Source: an uncultured Acidobacteriota bacterium (lineage in GTDB: Bacteria; Acidobacteriota; UBA6911). Taken from it: a DNA stretch of 64,000 bases. The notes under the pieces are model-generated. The model had not been told where the DNA came from. It ran no database searches and was given only the letters and a program-made list of their open reading frames with translations. Position numbers and translations under genes: made by a program. The stretch spans positions 96,001 through 160,000 of the forward strand of contig CAWEJX010000012.1 in NCBI GenBank assembly GCA_963809485.1. The letters are read 5' to 3'. This document shows, piece after piece, positions 20,263 through 30,205 of the stretch. Each line of letters begins with the position of its first letter. Position 1 is the first letter of the stretch.

Positions 20263-21603
20263 ATGACAACCCCTGCTGAGATTGAGAAATATCAGGAAGA
20301 GAATTTGGCACTCAAGAGGCAGATTGAGGAACGGACTGGCCAAACCGTGGAACAGCTTTATGCGGAAAGAGCCCGGCGCGTCAGGGACTCCATTGAATTA
20401 AGAGTGCCGGACCGCGTGCCCTTTTCAGTTTTGATCGAGCCCCACGCCTATTCCGGAATTCCCAATTCGGCCGCCTACTACGATCCCATCACGCTTAAGC
20501 GGACCATGCGACAAATGGCCGTGGATCTGGAGCCCGATATGGCTGAAGGTGGATTCCCGTCATCCGGCGCCGCCATGACCGAGATGGATATCAAAAACGT
20601 CGTATGGCCCGGCGGACCGAAACCGGATGACTACAACTACCAATTCATCGAAGGGGAATACATGAAGGAAGATGAGTATGACATCTTCCTGAACGACCCT
20701 ACGGGTTTTATGATCCGCTGCTACCTCCCCCGCGTATACGGGGCTTTAAAGCCTCTTGCCAAATTGCCCCCCCTGGACAGCATGTTCATGGGTTTTGAGG
20801 CCCTCACGCCTCTCTTGGCCAGCCCGGAGTTTTTCGAAATGGCCAAGCATCTGGCTGCGGCCGGAAAACATGCAGGGGAATTCTTTAAGACTGTCGGCAA
20901 TACTCAGGAAGAGTTGGCCCAACTGGGATTTCCTCCATTCGCCAGTTTTGTGCGCGGCGGTGTGGGCGGAGCGCCCTTTGATACCGTCACGAGTTTCCTG
21001 CGCGGAATGAAAGGATCGATGCTCGACATGTATCGTCGGCCCGAGAAGCTGCTCAAAGCCTGTGAGGTGATACTGGAACGGCGCATCGCACAGGCCATCC
21101 TGGCCGATCGCAACCATCGGGACTATCCTCAAAGGATTGCGATGCCGCTCTGGAGAGGGGATCTGGCCTTCATGTCCGATGCCCAGTTTAAGAAGTTTTA
21201 TTGGCCGGGATTGAAGAAGTCTTTGCAGACACATGTAGACCTCGGCTATGTACCTGTGCCCTTTTTCGAATCCAAATTCGGCGACAGGCTGGAATGCATG
21301 CTGGAGCTACCCAAAGGGAAGATACTGGCTTCGATAGAAGCCGTGGATGCGGTCCGGGCAAAGGAAATTCTGGGAGGCCATACCTGTTTGTTAATCCGCG
21401 CTCCGAATACCAGCAAACTGTGGTCGCTCAGCCAATTGGAATCCTTCATCAAAGATCTTATTGACAAATGCGGCAAAAACGGCGGACTTATCCTCGTCAT
21501 CAAAATGCCGGATAAGGCTCGAGTTGAAGACATGCAGGCTATGCTGAAATCAATTAAAGAGTATGGCCGGAATCAGGTGCCTCCGGCAAAGCCGGAGGCT
21601 TGA
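20263..21603 (+). CDS. Uroporphyrinogen decarboxylase/MtaA-like family protein
   Basis: PDRVP, EYMKEDEY, APFD, LRGMKG.MLDMYR.PEKL, FMS..QFKKFYWP, GGLIL; the last codons come from a repeat element. Confidence 0.85.
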   Translation: MTTPAEIEKYQEENLALKRQIEERTGQTVEQLYAERARRVRDSIELRVPDRVPFSVLIEPHAYSGIPNSAAYYDPITLKRTMRQMAVDLEPDMAEGGFPSSGAAMTEMDIKNVVWPGGPKPDDYNYQFIEGEYMKEDEYDIFLNDPTGFMIRCYLPRVYGALKPLAKLPPLDSMFMGFEALTPLLASPEFFEMAKHLAAAGKHAGEFFKTVGNTQEELAQLGFPPFASFVRGGVGGAPFDTVTSFLRGMKGSMLDMYRRPEKLLKACEVILERRIAQAILADRNHRDYPQRIAMPLWRGDLAFMSDAQFKKFYWPGLKKSLQTHVDLGYVPVPFFESKFGDRLECMLELPKGKILASIEAVDAVRAKEILGGHTCLLIRAPNTSKLWSLSQLESFIKDLIDKCGKNGGLILVIKMPDKARVEDMQAMLKSIKEYGRNQVPPAKPEA

Positions 21604-21973
21604 AAGATTTGAACCGCTCAAAGCGGTTGGACTAGCTACGCCGGTCTTGAACGCTGACTTACGCGGGCAAAAGCCGATGAGGCGCTTCCGATCCCCGCAG
21701 GGGCCAGCGCTCCGCGCTGGACAGTTTTCTGCGGCGGCACTGTGGCAAGCGCCGTGCGGCAAGGAGATGAAGGGTATGAGAAACCGGGCGTTTGCCACAG
21801 TGCCGCCGCAGAAAACTCCATCGGAAGCGCCTCATCGGCTTTTGCTCGCCGACCCTCGCCGAACAAATCGGCGTTTGTCAGCGCTTTTATCAGCGTTTCT
21901 CAGCGTTTCAAAATACGGAGCTGTCAAACTCTTTGAGTCCCCCGGCAGAGCCGGGGGGTTACCAATGTAATTA
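21573..21973 (+). mobile_element. IS200/IS605-like non-autonomous palindromic element, copy A (longest)
   Basis: End hairpins GCCTCCGGC-AAA-GCCGGAGGC and CCCCCGGC-AGA-GCCGGGGG; GAACCGCTCAAAGCGGTT; CAGCGTTT repeats. Confidence 0.75.
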
Positions 21974-21991
21974 CAATGGCAAAGGAGGAAA

Positions 21992-23140
21992 ATGCCGCTA
22001 TTTGAAGAAACTCCGGAACAGAAGGATTTTAGACAGGCATTCCGCAAATTTGTTGCTGCTGAAATTACTCCCCACCGGGAGGAATGGGAGAAGAAACGGG
22101 CAGTTCCTCGTGCTCTGTGGATAAAGATGGGGGAAATGGGATTCCTCTGTCCATGGCTGCCGGAGGAATATGGCGGATTGAACCTCGACTTTAGATATTC
22201 AGCCATAATAAATGAAGAGCTTGCCCGCGGCGAAGGATTCGGAGTTGGCGTCCCTCTCCATAGCGATGTTGCGACTCCCTATCTTTTTCACTACGGCACA
22301 GAAGAGCTGAAGAGAAGGCTGTTGCCAAAAACCACAACAGGAGAGGCTATCTGTGCCATCGCTTTTACCGAACCCAACGCGGGATCGGATCTGGCCGCGA
22401 TCCGGACAAAAGCCGTGCGGGATGCGGATCACTACATCATCAACGGTCAAAAGACCTTCATTACAAACGGCATATTTGCGGACATTATCATCACAGCCTG
22501 CAAAACCGGCCCATCGGAGAATAACAGATCCATTACCCTGATCGCGGTAGAGGCAGACAGCCCCGGATTCCACCGTGGACGTCAGCTCGACAAAATGGGC
22601 CGCCATATGCAGGATACGGCCGAGCTGTTTTACGAAGATTGCCGCGTTCCGGCAGGAAATTTGCTCGGCGAGGAGGGGAAGGGTTTCAACTACATGATGG
22701 AATGTCTTGACCGCGAGAGGCTCGAGGTGTGTGTCAAGTGCCAGGCGATGGCGGAGGAGTGCTTCAAAGAAGGCCTGAACTACGCCAAGACTCGGAAGGC
22801 CTTCGGGCGCCCGGTGGCTGAATTCCAGCATAATGCTTTCAAACTTGCAGAAATGGCAACGGAGGTTGAATTGGGCCGCACTTTCCTTAACGTACTCATT
22901 GAGGAATTCAACAGGGGAGAGAATATCAATGTAAAGGTCTCGATGGCGAAGGCATGGCTTGGCGAGATGGTTAACAGAGTTGCGTATCAGGCTCTCCAGC
23001 TGCATGGAGGATATGGCTACAGCGAGGAATACCGCATCTGCCGCCTTTACCGTGACGTCCGCATTCTGTCGATCTTTGCCGGCACAACCGAAATCATGAA
23101 GCTCATCATCGCCAGGAGCCTTGGCCTGAAAGGACTGTAA
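21992..23140 (+). CDS. Acyl-CoA dehydrogenase (LCAD-like)
   Basis: FTEPNAGSDL, INGQKTFITNG, KMG..QDTAEL, ERL, R.AFG, QLHGGYGY, IFAGTTEIMK. Confidence 0.95.
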   Translation: MPLFEETPEQKDFRQAFRKFVAAEITPHREEWEKKRAVPRALWIKMGEMGFLCPWLPEEYGGLNLDFRYSAIINEELARGEGFGVGVPLHSDVATPYLFHYGTEELKRRLLPKTTTGEAICAIAFTEPNAGSDLAAIRTKAVRDADHYIINGQKTFITNGIFADIIITACKTGPSENNRSITLIAVEADSPGFHRGRQLDKMGRHMQDTAELFYEDCRVPAGNLLGEEGKGFNYMMECLDRERLEVCVKCQAMAEECFKEGLNYAKTRKAFGRPVAEFQHNAFKLAEMATEVELGRTFLNVLIEEFNRGENINVKVSMAKAWLGEMVNRVAYQALQLHGGYGYSEEYRICRLYRDVRILSIFAGTTEIMKLIIARSLGLKGL

Positions 23141-23395
23141 TCGCTCCTCAGGATTACGATCTCAAATCACCTGAGGTAAAAGAGGCGGTGCGTCTCTTTA
23201 TTCTCAAGGGCGACACCTATCTGGAGTGTGAGATTTTGCTTAGACAGAATTGAAGCTGCCCGCAGGCTTGCAGGAGAATGCCGTATCTTCCAAAGTTGGA
23301 GAGTGAAGCGCATCCGGAGTTGCTGCATTCTGCGGGACGCCCGTTTTCAACATGGAATTGCTCAGAAATCATCAGGAGAACGAGGAGGCATGGCT

Positions 23396-25177
23396 ATGAA
23401 GAAGGGAATAAAGAGGTCACTATTGGGAGCATGCCTGATAGCAAGCATGTTTGGGATCAGATCAGGTTTTGCTCAGGTGACATTGGAGGTCATAAGTCCG
23501 CGGGCGGAAATTCCGCCTCCGCCGTCAATTCTTCACCCCGCACCTCGGCTTGCGGATCTGGCGGGCAAAAGAATTGGATTGATTGCCAATAACAAACCCG
23601 GTGCCGAGCTCTTTTTAACGAAGATCGAAGAATTGCTCAAGCAGAAGGTCCCTGATGCAAACATCGTGCGCCTTAAGATGATGAAGGTTTCGGCTGAACA
23701 AGCCAAGAAGCTGGCATCTCAAATCGACACCTTCATCCACAGCACAGGGGACTGAGGGGGATGTACGTGGCTGGTTAGCCGCGATACTATCGAACTGGAA
23801 AAGCTTGGCAAACCCGGCGTAGGCGTTGTCACTTCTACTTTTCTCAGTGATGCTCTTTCGGCGGCTCAAGACTCCGCTATGCCTACGGTGCGTCTTGTAG
23901 CGGTGCCTGCCAAAAATTACTATACGGCGCGGACTCAGGAACCGTTGATGAAGGACGTTGCGGCCGCGATTATTGATAAAGTCCTCGATGCATTAAAGCG
24001 TCCTTTGACCCCGGAAGAAACAGGTGCGGCTGAAGCCTCGAAGAAGGCGAAGAAGGACGAGGAAATACTAAAGTTCACCGGAGCGACCTATAACGAAGCA
24101 GCTGAGGCGCTTTACAAAGGATTTCTCGAGCGCCACTGGGCCGATGGATTGCCCATAATGCCTCCCACAAAAGAGGCTGTCGATTGGATGCTTACAGGAA
24201 CGAACCGCTCTCCGGAGGAAGTAATCGGCATTGTCGCCACAAAAGGCGGGAAGGCAACAATAAGAAAGATTGCCGCGAACGCTGTAATGGCGGGGGCAAG
24301 GCCGGAGTATTTGCCGGTGATCATTGCGGCTATGGAGGCCATCACAGGAGAAGGATTAAGCGCCCTGCATCTGCAGGCCTCCGCGGGATGCGTAAGCCCG
24401 CTCATTTTGGTCAACGGGCCGATCGCTCAAGAATTGGAGATAAATTCCGGGGCCGCCTATATGGGCCATGGATTCCGGGCGAATAACTCCATTGGACGTG
24501 CCGTCAGGCTGAGCATGATCAATTGCGGGCACATGTGGCCGCAACAAAACGATATGTGCTTGCTTGGACGGCAGGATGCGTTTGGGAATACGACTTTTGC
24601 GGAAAATGAGCAAGAGAGCCCATGGAAGCCGTACCACGTTGACTTGGGATTCAAACCGGAAGACAGCACCGTTACGGTAGTGAATTATATGCACCACAAA
24701 CGCGGTCCCGGCGGGCCGGTCGTGCCTGCAACTCCGTATGAGAGCCTGTTTGACCTGGCGAAAACAGTAGAGATCGTAAACACGCCTTTGGGATCGGCAT
24801 CCAATGAGGTCATAATAGCCATCGATCCGACTTTCGCCCACCAACTGTCCACGGTGGGGTTTAGCAAAGAGGATATTAAATGGTGGATCTTTTTGAATGC
24901 GCGCACTCCGTACTCGGAACTAAGAAAAGAAGAGAAAGAAAACCTTCGAAAGTCCATCGAAAGCGGGAAAACGCCCGCCTATCTTTGGACCTGGGGCGAA
25001 CAAGGGCAAGAGAAAAAAATTGAAAACATAGCGGATGTACCCTGCCTCCAGAAACCGGACCGGATTCACATTGCCGTGGTGGGTGGTTCGCCGGGATATT
25101 CGTATGTCTGGGAGTCACCGACGGGGCAGGCCACTAAACTGATACGCGGCGCCGCGCTCACTAAAGCAGGGCGTTAG
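23396..25177 (+). CDS. UGSC-family selenoprotein (593 aa), predicted Sec at TGA 23753-23755, motif GD-U-GG-C
   Basis: ORFs 23228-23755 and 23879-25177 are in frame with an open interval (UGGCTWLVSRDTIELEKLGKPGV); RBS GAGGAGG; signal peptide; SECIS-like hairpin. Confidence 0.88.
23760..23791 (+). promoter_or_regulatory. Putative bacterial SECIS
   Basis: CGUGGCU-GGUU-AGCCGCG stem plus lower GAU/GUA pairs; loop 17 nt after UGA. Confidence 0.7.
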
Positions 25178-25514
25178 TCCGCCCGGGATTTGTGCTCGGT
25201 TCGCAGCACGCCACGCGTGCTCTTTCAAGGAGCATCGTCCGGACGCAAAGAGCATGCAGCGCTGGCCAAAAGCGGCATGCGAATCGGCCACGGCTTCCAG
25301 CCGTGGCCTTGGCCTGTCCCCGCAAAGCGGGGCGAACGGGTGTTATTCCTGTTTTGCGGAGCATACAGAGAAAAGAAACTTTACAGAGCAGCTTTCGCAT
25401 GCTCCGCGTGACACTTCCCTTTTGCTGGTGGCCGCTTGCTGGAAGGACTCAGCCTGTGAGGGCGCATGGCCCGAAGCCCGTGGCTTTATGGGCACTGAGG
25501 TCACTGAAAGAACA

Positions 25515-26849
25515 TCAGCGTGTGCCTTTTTTATCTTCTTTGCCAAATGGGATATCCTGCTTGCCGGCCCCAGTCAGGACCTCTTCCCAATTGGCGGGCA
25601 GCTTCACCTCTCTGCTCACTGCTTTGGAACCGCCCCACACGGGAACGATCATGTTTTTCTCTCCCGGAGGGCCTCCTGCAACCAATATGAGCAGTTGATC
25701 GATGGAAGGCGTAGGGATCATCGCCTTCGACGCGTCGGTTGCCCCGGGAATGGAGTCAGACGCTCCAGGCGCTTCGCCGGACGGACGGTTGAACCTTTTT
25801 TTGAACTCGGCTGCGGGCGTCACGGCATGTTCGGCGATGTACTTTTTAAGTCCGTCCTTCGTCCATCCGTCACCCGCCAGTATGTCGACCGTGTCGTAAT
25901 TGAGAATCAACAGCAACACGCCCATGCGGGCGCTGTGCAATCCTACCAGTCGGTCCGCCAAGAGGCTCAGGAACTGCTCGGAGGTCAGACCCAATCCCAC
26001 AATCGCCTGATAGGATTCCGCCGTGACGACCGTAACGAGATTCGAGTCTTTTGAGTGGCCCAAATCGACGCGCAAAGGCTTCCAGGGATTCCCCTCTTCG
26101 ATTTCAGCAACACAATTCGCGAACTCGCCCGGTTGACCTAAAGTAGACATGTCGTTGACACCCGGCCAACTTCCGCCGATGTTGTTGATGATCATGTGCA
26201 GGGCCCGGCCGATTGTCGCATTTGACCGCCAGCCGCGTCCCAGGGCGTTTGACCCTGAATTGATGTCCAGTTGCCTGGCGATCGGGCCGCTGACGATGAT
26301 CAAGGGGGAGTCATTGCTTGTAGTGGTCGCCACCTGCGACAGGTTGAACTCCGGGTCGGACACGGCCTCGACAGCCGCAATGAGCACCGGCATGTACTCC
26401 GGCCGGCACCCCGCCATCACTGCATTGACGGCAATTTTCTCCACTGTGGCCTGCCCCCCCTTGGGCGGCACGGAGGCGATCACCTTTTCGGCGGGCATAT
26501 CAACGCCGCGCAGCATCTCCCTTACGAGTTCGGGCGTTGGAGGCACGATCGGCAAACCGTCGCCCCACCCGCGCCTGTAAAACAGATCGTTGACCTCCGC
26601 GAAAGCATCCTTGACGATCGTAATTTTCTCGGTTCTCCCCTCGACAAATTCTCCCGCCAAAGAGGGCCGCGTCTTGCCGGTAGCCGCCATGACAGTTTTG
26701 AGAAGTTTGTCGATATAGGCTCCATCTTCGCGTATGCCGGCCGGGTTATAGACTTCGATCACCTGATTGGCCGCAGCGAAAACGGAGGATGCCAGAACAG
26801 CATTGAGGATGAGGGCACGCACGATGGTACGCTGAGAAGTTGTCGGCAT
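25515..26849 (-). CDS. UGSC-family protein lacking the UxxC domain (signal peptide + large C-terminal domain)
   Basis: Signal peptide, VYNP, then directly WGDGLPIVPPT, AVNAVMAGC, SNATIGRA, VAGG; RBS AGGAG. Confidence 0.82.
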   Translation of the reverse strand: MPTTSQRTIVRALILNAVLASSVFAAANQVIEVYNPAGIREDGAYIDKLLKTVMAATGKTRPSLAGEFVEGRTEKITIVKDAFAEVNDLFYRRGWGDGLPIVPPTPELVREMLRGVDMPAEKVIASVPPKGGQATVEKIAVNAVMAGCRPEYMPVLIAAVEAVSDPEFNLSQVATTTSNDSPLIIVSGPIARQLDINSGSNALGRGWRSNATIGRALHMIINNIGGSWPGVNDMSTLGQPGEFANCVAEIEEGNPWKPLRVDLGHSKDSNLVTVVTAESYQAIVGLGLTSEQFLSLLADRLVGLHSARMGVLLLILNYDTVDILAGDGWTKDGLKKYIAEHAVTPAAEFKKRFNRPSGEAPGASDSIPGATDASKAMIPTPSIDQLLILVAGGPPGEKNMIVPVWGGSKAVSREVKLPANWEEVLTGAGKQDIPFGKEDKKGTR

Positions 26850-27101
26850 CCCATAGCTCCTGTTTCGAAATGTGTGGGCGCGCATCGTTACCCCGGAGGT
26901 CCATCGGCCGTCGCGAGGTCCGTGAGAATGGATGTGATACAAGGGCGACACAGGCATTGCGGCCGCATTTCGCAGCCGATTGTCCCGCAGGTTCCCGGGC
27001 TTTTGACTCGTTGGAACGAGTATCGCGCCCTAAACCATTCTAACGGCCGGCATGGGTCCATGCCCTTTGACATTTGGCTACGACAAAATCATGTGCGGAC
27101 G

Positions 27102-27352
27102 GCTCTCCAAAGACTTTCTCAAAACCACTGGCATGAGATCCTCGCCGGCAGTTTTGAGAAAGTCTCTGGAGAGCGGTTTTCACCCCATCAACAGCAACGG
27201 CTGAGTAAATGGCACTTATATATGATTTTTCAGCGTGCGTCAGCGTTTATCGGCGTTAGTCAGCGTTAAAATTTATGCACGGGCTTCCAGAATCGGTATC
27301 AAAACGACTGTCGCGAGATCCTCGCCCCCAGTTTTGACACAGTTTCTCCAGG
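27102..27352. repeat. Two small MITE-like palindromes flanking a CAGCGTT repeat tract
   Basis: 24-bp inverted repeat 27102-27125/27151-27174 (1 mismatch) with a GAGATCCTCGCC core; degenerate copy at about 27287-27352; CAGCGT repeats at 27231-27267. Confidence 0.6.
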
Positions 27353-27460
27353 GCCGTCCGGTAAGACTGAATCGCGTCCGCTTATAGATTCAGGTTTTTT
27401 CGCGCTTCGCATCGGGTTGATCCCAATGGCCATAGGTAAAGATCTGTTGGATGCACTGCG

Positions 27461-29137
27461 CTAGTAAATCTCGTAGTTGGGAACAAGAGCTTTATATTTT
27501 GCTACAAGCTTGTCCCAATTGCGGGGAAACTCGATCTTTTTGGTGACGAAGCTGTTTTCGAAACCGCCCGAGCTCTTAAGTGCCGCCATCCAGACGCCAG
27601 ACCCGCCCGAGACGACCACTATGAAATCCTCTTCTTTGAGCGGCGATCGAAATTCGCCCCGAGGCGCGTTTTTCAAAATGAACTCCCTGAGCCTCTTCTT
27701 CGACCACCCTTCGCTTGAAAGAATGCGAGCATGATCGGGGATGACCACCAGGCAGGACAGCGCGTTAGGACCAAAGCTCGCGAGTCTTTCGGCAATTCCC
27801 TGAGCCGTCGTCTGACTGGGGATGGTTTGGGTAAAGCTATTCGGAAAAAGTACAGTCAGCGCGCTGTCCTCTTTTTTCAGGCCGAAGTTGACATGCAGGG
27901 GTTCCCATGGGCTTTCTTCTTCATTCTCCCCGAGCACAAGGGTGTATTTTTGGGGATTGCCCATGACCCCCATGTCCTCGATACCCTTTCTCACCCCAGC
28001 GATGTTCTTGACCATTAGGCCGACGGCGCGCCCAATGGCGGCGTTGGCCATGTTCCCGGGACTGAAAACGCCCGAGCCGCAATTTATATTGAGATCATTG
28101 CGCACCCCGCCGTTGATGATGAAGAAAGGCGCCCACGAACCCGTGCTTGTTTGAAAGACATCGAATCTGGTTTTCGGATCCGCCAGAGCTTGCACCGCCG
28201 CTATCAGCACCGGCATGTAAGTAGGAAGGGCGCCGGCCATGACCGCGTTTACTGCAATTTTCTCAACAGTAGCCTTGCCTAACTTCGGTACCATCTTGGC
28301 CACCACCTGATCGGGCGGCAGGTCCGTCCCGGTCATCATTTCCGCCACCGCCTTTTCGGTTGGCGGCACAACCGGCAGGCCATCGGTCCAGCCCTTACTG
28401 TAGAAGAAATGGGTTACCTCCTGTTGGGTTCCCTTGAAAATGATCCGGGGAGCCTTCGCCGCTTTCGGCTTCGGCGATTTCTCTTCGGGCGTCAGCGGTT
28501 TAGTCAGTGCGGCAATAATTTCCGGCAGAACGGCAGTGATGCCGCCCTCGATATCTGCGGCAACAGTGGATTCACAAGCGATATTTTCAGCCAGGATTCT
28601 GACTCCCGGCATTCCTTTGACAGATGCTGCTGCCTGGGCATCCTTAACGAAACCATAATTCGCCAGTACCACGACCGGCGTGCCAAAGTCCTCGACGGAT
28701 ACTCCGTTGTACGCGAGGTACTTTGTGCAGGACCCTCAGTCACCGACCATGGCAATGACAGCGTCCATACTCTTTACCCAGGCGGCAAATTCATTGCCGT
28801 CTTTCTGTTCTGCCACGATGATGGTCGTCAAACGGGGTTCAAAGAAGCTGAACTCAGCAGTAGTATATTTTTCTTTCAGTTGCTTCGCAATCGCCTCTGC
28901 CATAGGCTTGGCGGCGCGCTTCCTGTTGGTAAACAGCCCGATTTTCTTGCCGGCCAAAGTATCCAGCCGGGGCGCGAGTCCCCTCGGCGGCACTGCATCC
29001 GCTTCCGCCCACGGGCTAAGGACCTCGTATTGATTGTCCGGTGCGGGGCTGGCGAACGGCGTTGGTGAAGGGGCCGTTACTACCAACGTGCAGAGGACAG
29101 TGGTGATCAAAACCGACGCAATTTTATGCATAAGCAC
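27461..29137 (-). CDS. UGSC-family selenoprotein (558 aa), predicted Sec at TGA 28738-28736, motif GD-U-GS-C
   Basis: ORFs 29137-28736 and 28672-27461 are in frame with an open interval (UGSCTKYLAYNGVSVEDFGTP); literal UGSC motif; signal peptide. Confidence 0.9.
28685..28724 (-). promoter_or_regulatory. Putative bacterial SECIS
   Basis: AAAGU/ACUUU, CCUCG/CGAGG, ACGGA-GUA-UCCGU; loop 33 nt after UGA. Confidence 0.6.
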
Positions 29138-29168
29138 TCTCTCTTCTCCTCAGATATTGTGTGCTGAA

Positions 29169-29206
29169 TTGCCATTCAGTTTTTCAGAATACCAACTGAA
29201 TGGCAA
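29169..29206. other. Intercistronic stem-loop between the FAD subunit and the selenoprotein gene
   Basis: TTGCCATTCAGTT/AACTGAATGGCAA 13-bp stem, 12-nt loop. Confidence 0.5.
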
Positions 29207-29225
29207 ATTGTATTTTCTGCAAAGA

Positions 29226-30191
29226 CTAAGCGCAGGCCAGTATCGCTTTCTTTACCATCCCCGCGGCGACCTGAATCTTCCACTTGTTCAGCGCCAGAGC
29301 CCTCGCTTCCGTGACCGCAACCGTGCCGGCCGCCTGCGCGCTCGCCACATCGATCGTCTTGCCCGCTATGGATTCCTCCGCTTTGGTCGCCCGGTAGGGT
29401 TTGTTATATACCGCATTGAGACATATCCGGGCCGTTCCGCCCCCAATGGCCGCCGCACAATTCACGATGGGAAAGTCTATCGACGACCTCAGGGCAAACT
29501 TTACAAAGGCGCTTTTGACGCCGGAAGCCGGCGCGGGAACCTGAATCTCCTTTACGATTTCATCGTTCTCCAGCACCGTGGAACGAGGGATCTTTACCGC
29601 CCAGAACTCCTCGGCGTTGAGGGTTCTCTTCGACGTCACGATCCTGGCATTTAAAGCGACCAGCGCCGGCGCCGTGTCGCTTGGATTCACAGCCATGCAG
29701 GCTGAAACACCCCCGAATATCGAGTGATATCGATTCTCCCCGGCCATGGCAAAGCACGCTTTGCCGCCTTTCCTGATACAGAAAAACCTGTTGTCGTGAA
29801 GCCGGAAATACCAGCATCGATTCAGCTGGCAGATGTTGCCGCCGATCGTCCCCATTTCCCGGATGTGCGGCGAAGCGGTCTTATGGGCCGCCTCCGACAG
29901 CGCCGTCCATTTGCTTTTGACCACACTGCTCTTCGCAATGTCCTCGAGCCGGGCCAATGCGCCAATCCGCAGCATGCCCTTTTCTTCTTTGATGTAATCC
30001 AGGCTTGGCGTAATGGTCTTGAGGTTTACCAGAATCTGAGGATACATGGCATCCGGGAGTACCTCAAACCTCATGGTTCCCACAAGATCGGTGCCCCCGG
30101 CAAGTGCCCAGGCATTGGCTGCACGCAGGGCCGACACCGCCTCTTCTACCGTCTTGGCATTGACACGGGTGAATTTCTTTACGGTCTTCAT
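29226..30191 (-). CDS. XDH-family FAD/[4Fe-4S] subunit (PaoB/HcrB-like)
   Basis: AGGTDL, RCWYFR...CIRKGGKAC...CMAVNPSD, RSSIDF. Confidence 0.93.
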   Translation of the reverse strand: MKTVKKFTRVNAKTVEEAVSALRAANAWALAGGTDLVGTMRFEVLPDAMYPQILVNLKTITPSLDYIKEEKGMLRIGALARLEDIAKSSVVKSKWTALSEAAHKTASPHIREMGTIGGNICQLNRCWYFRLHDNRFFCIRKGGKACFAMAGENRYHSIFGGVSACMAVNPSDTAPALVALNARIVTSKRTLNAEEFWAVKIPRSTVLENDEIVKEIQVPAPASGVKSAFVKFALRSSIDFPIVNCAAAIGGGTARICLNAVYNKPYRATKAEESIAGKTIDVASAQAAGTVAVTEARALALNKWKIQVAAGMVKKAILACA

Positions 30192-30205
30192 TTTTGTCTA
30201 AGCTC

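Noticed and set aside
21870-21910. CAGCGTTT short repeats as a CRISPR array
   Set aside because: Units are about 10 bp with no unique spacers and no cas genes; they are part of the dispersed element.
21563-21970. ORFs in the repeat element (also 33650, 42936, 58400, 62282)
   Set aside because: Frames and lengths are not conserved between copies, and there is no HUH transposase motif.
25190-25510. ORFs between convergent UGSC-family genes, and 40765-41178
   Set aside because: No RBS or motifs and atypical composition; treated as non-coding.
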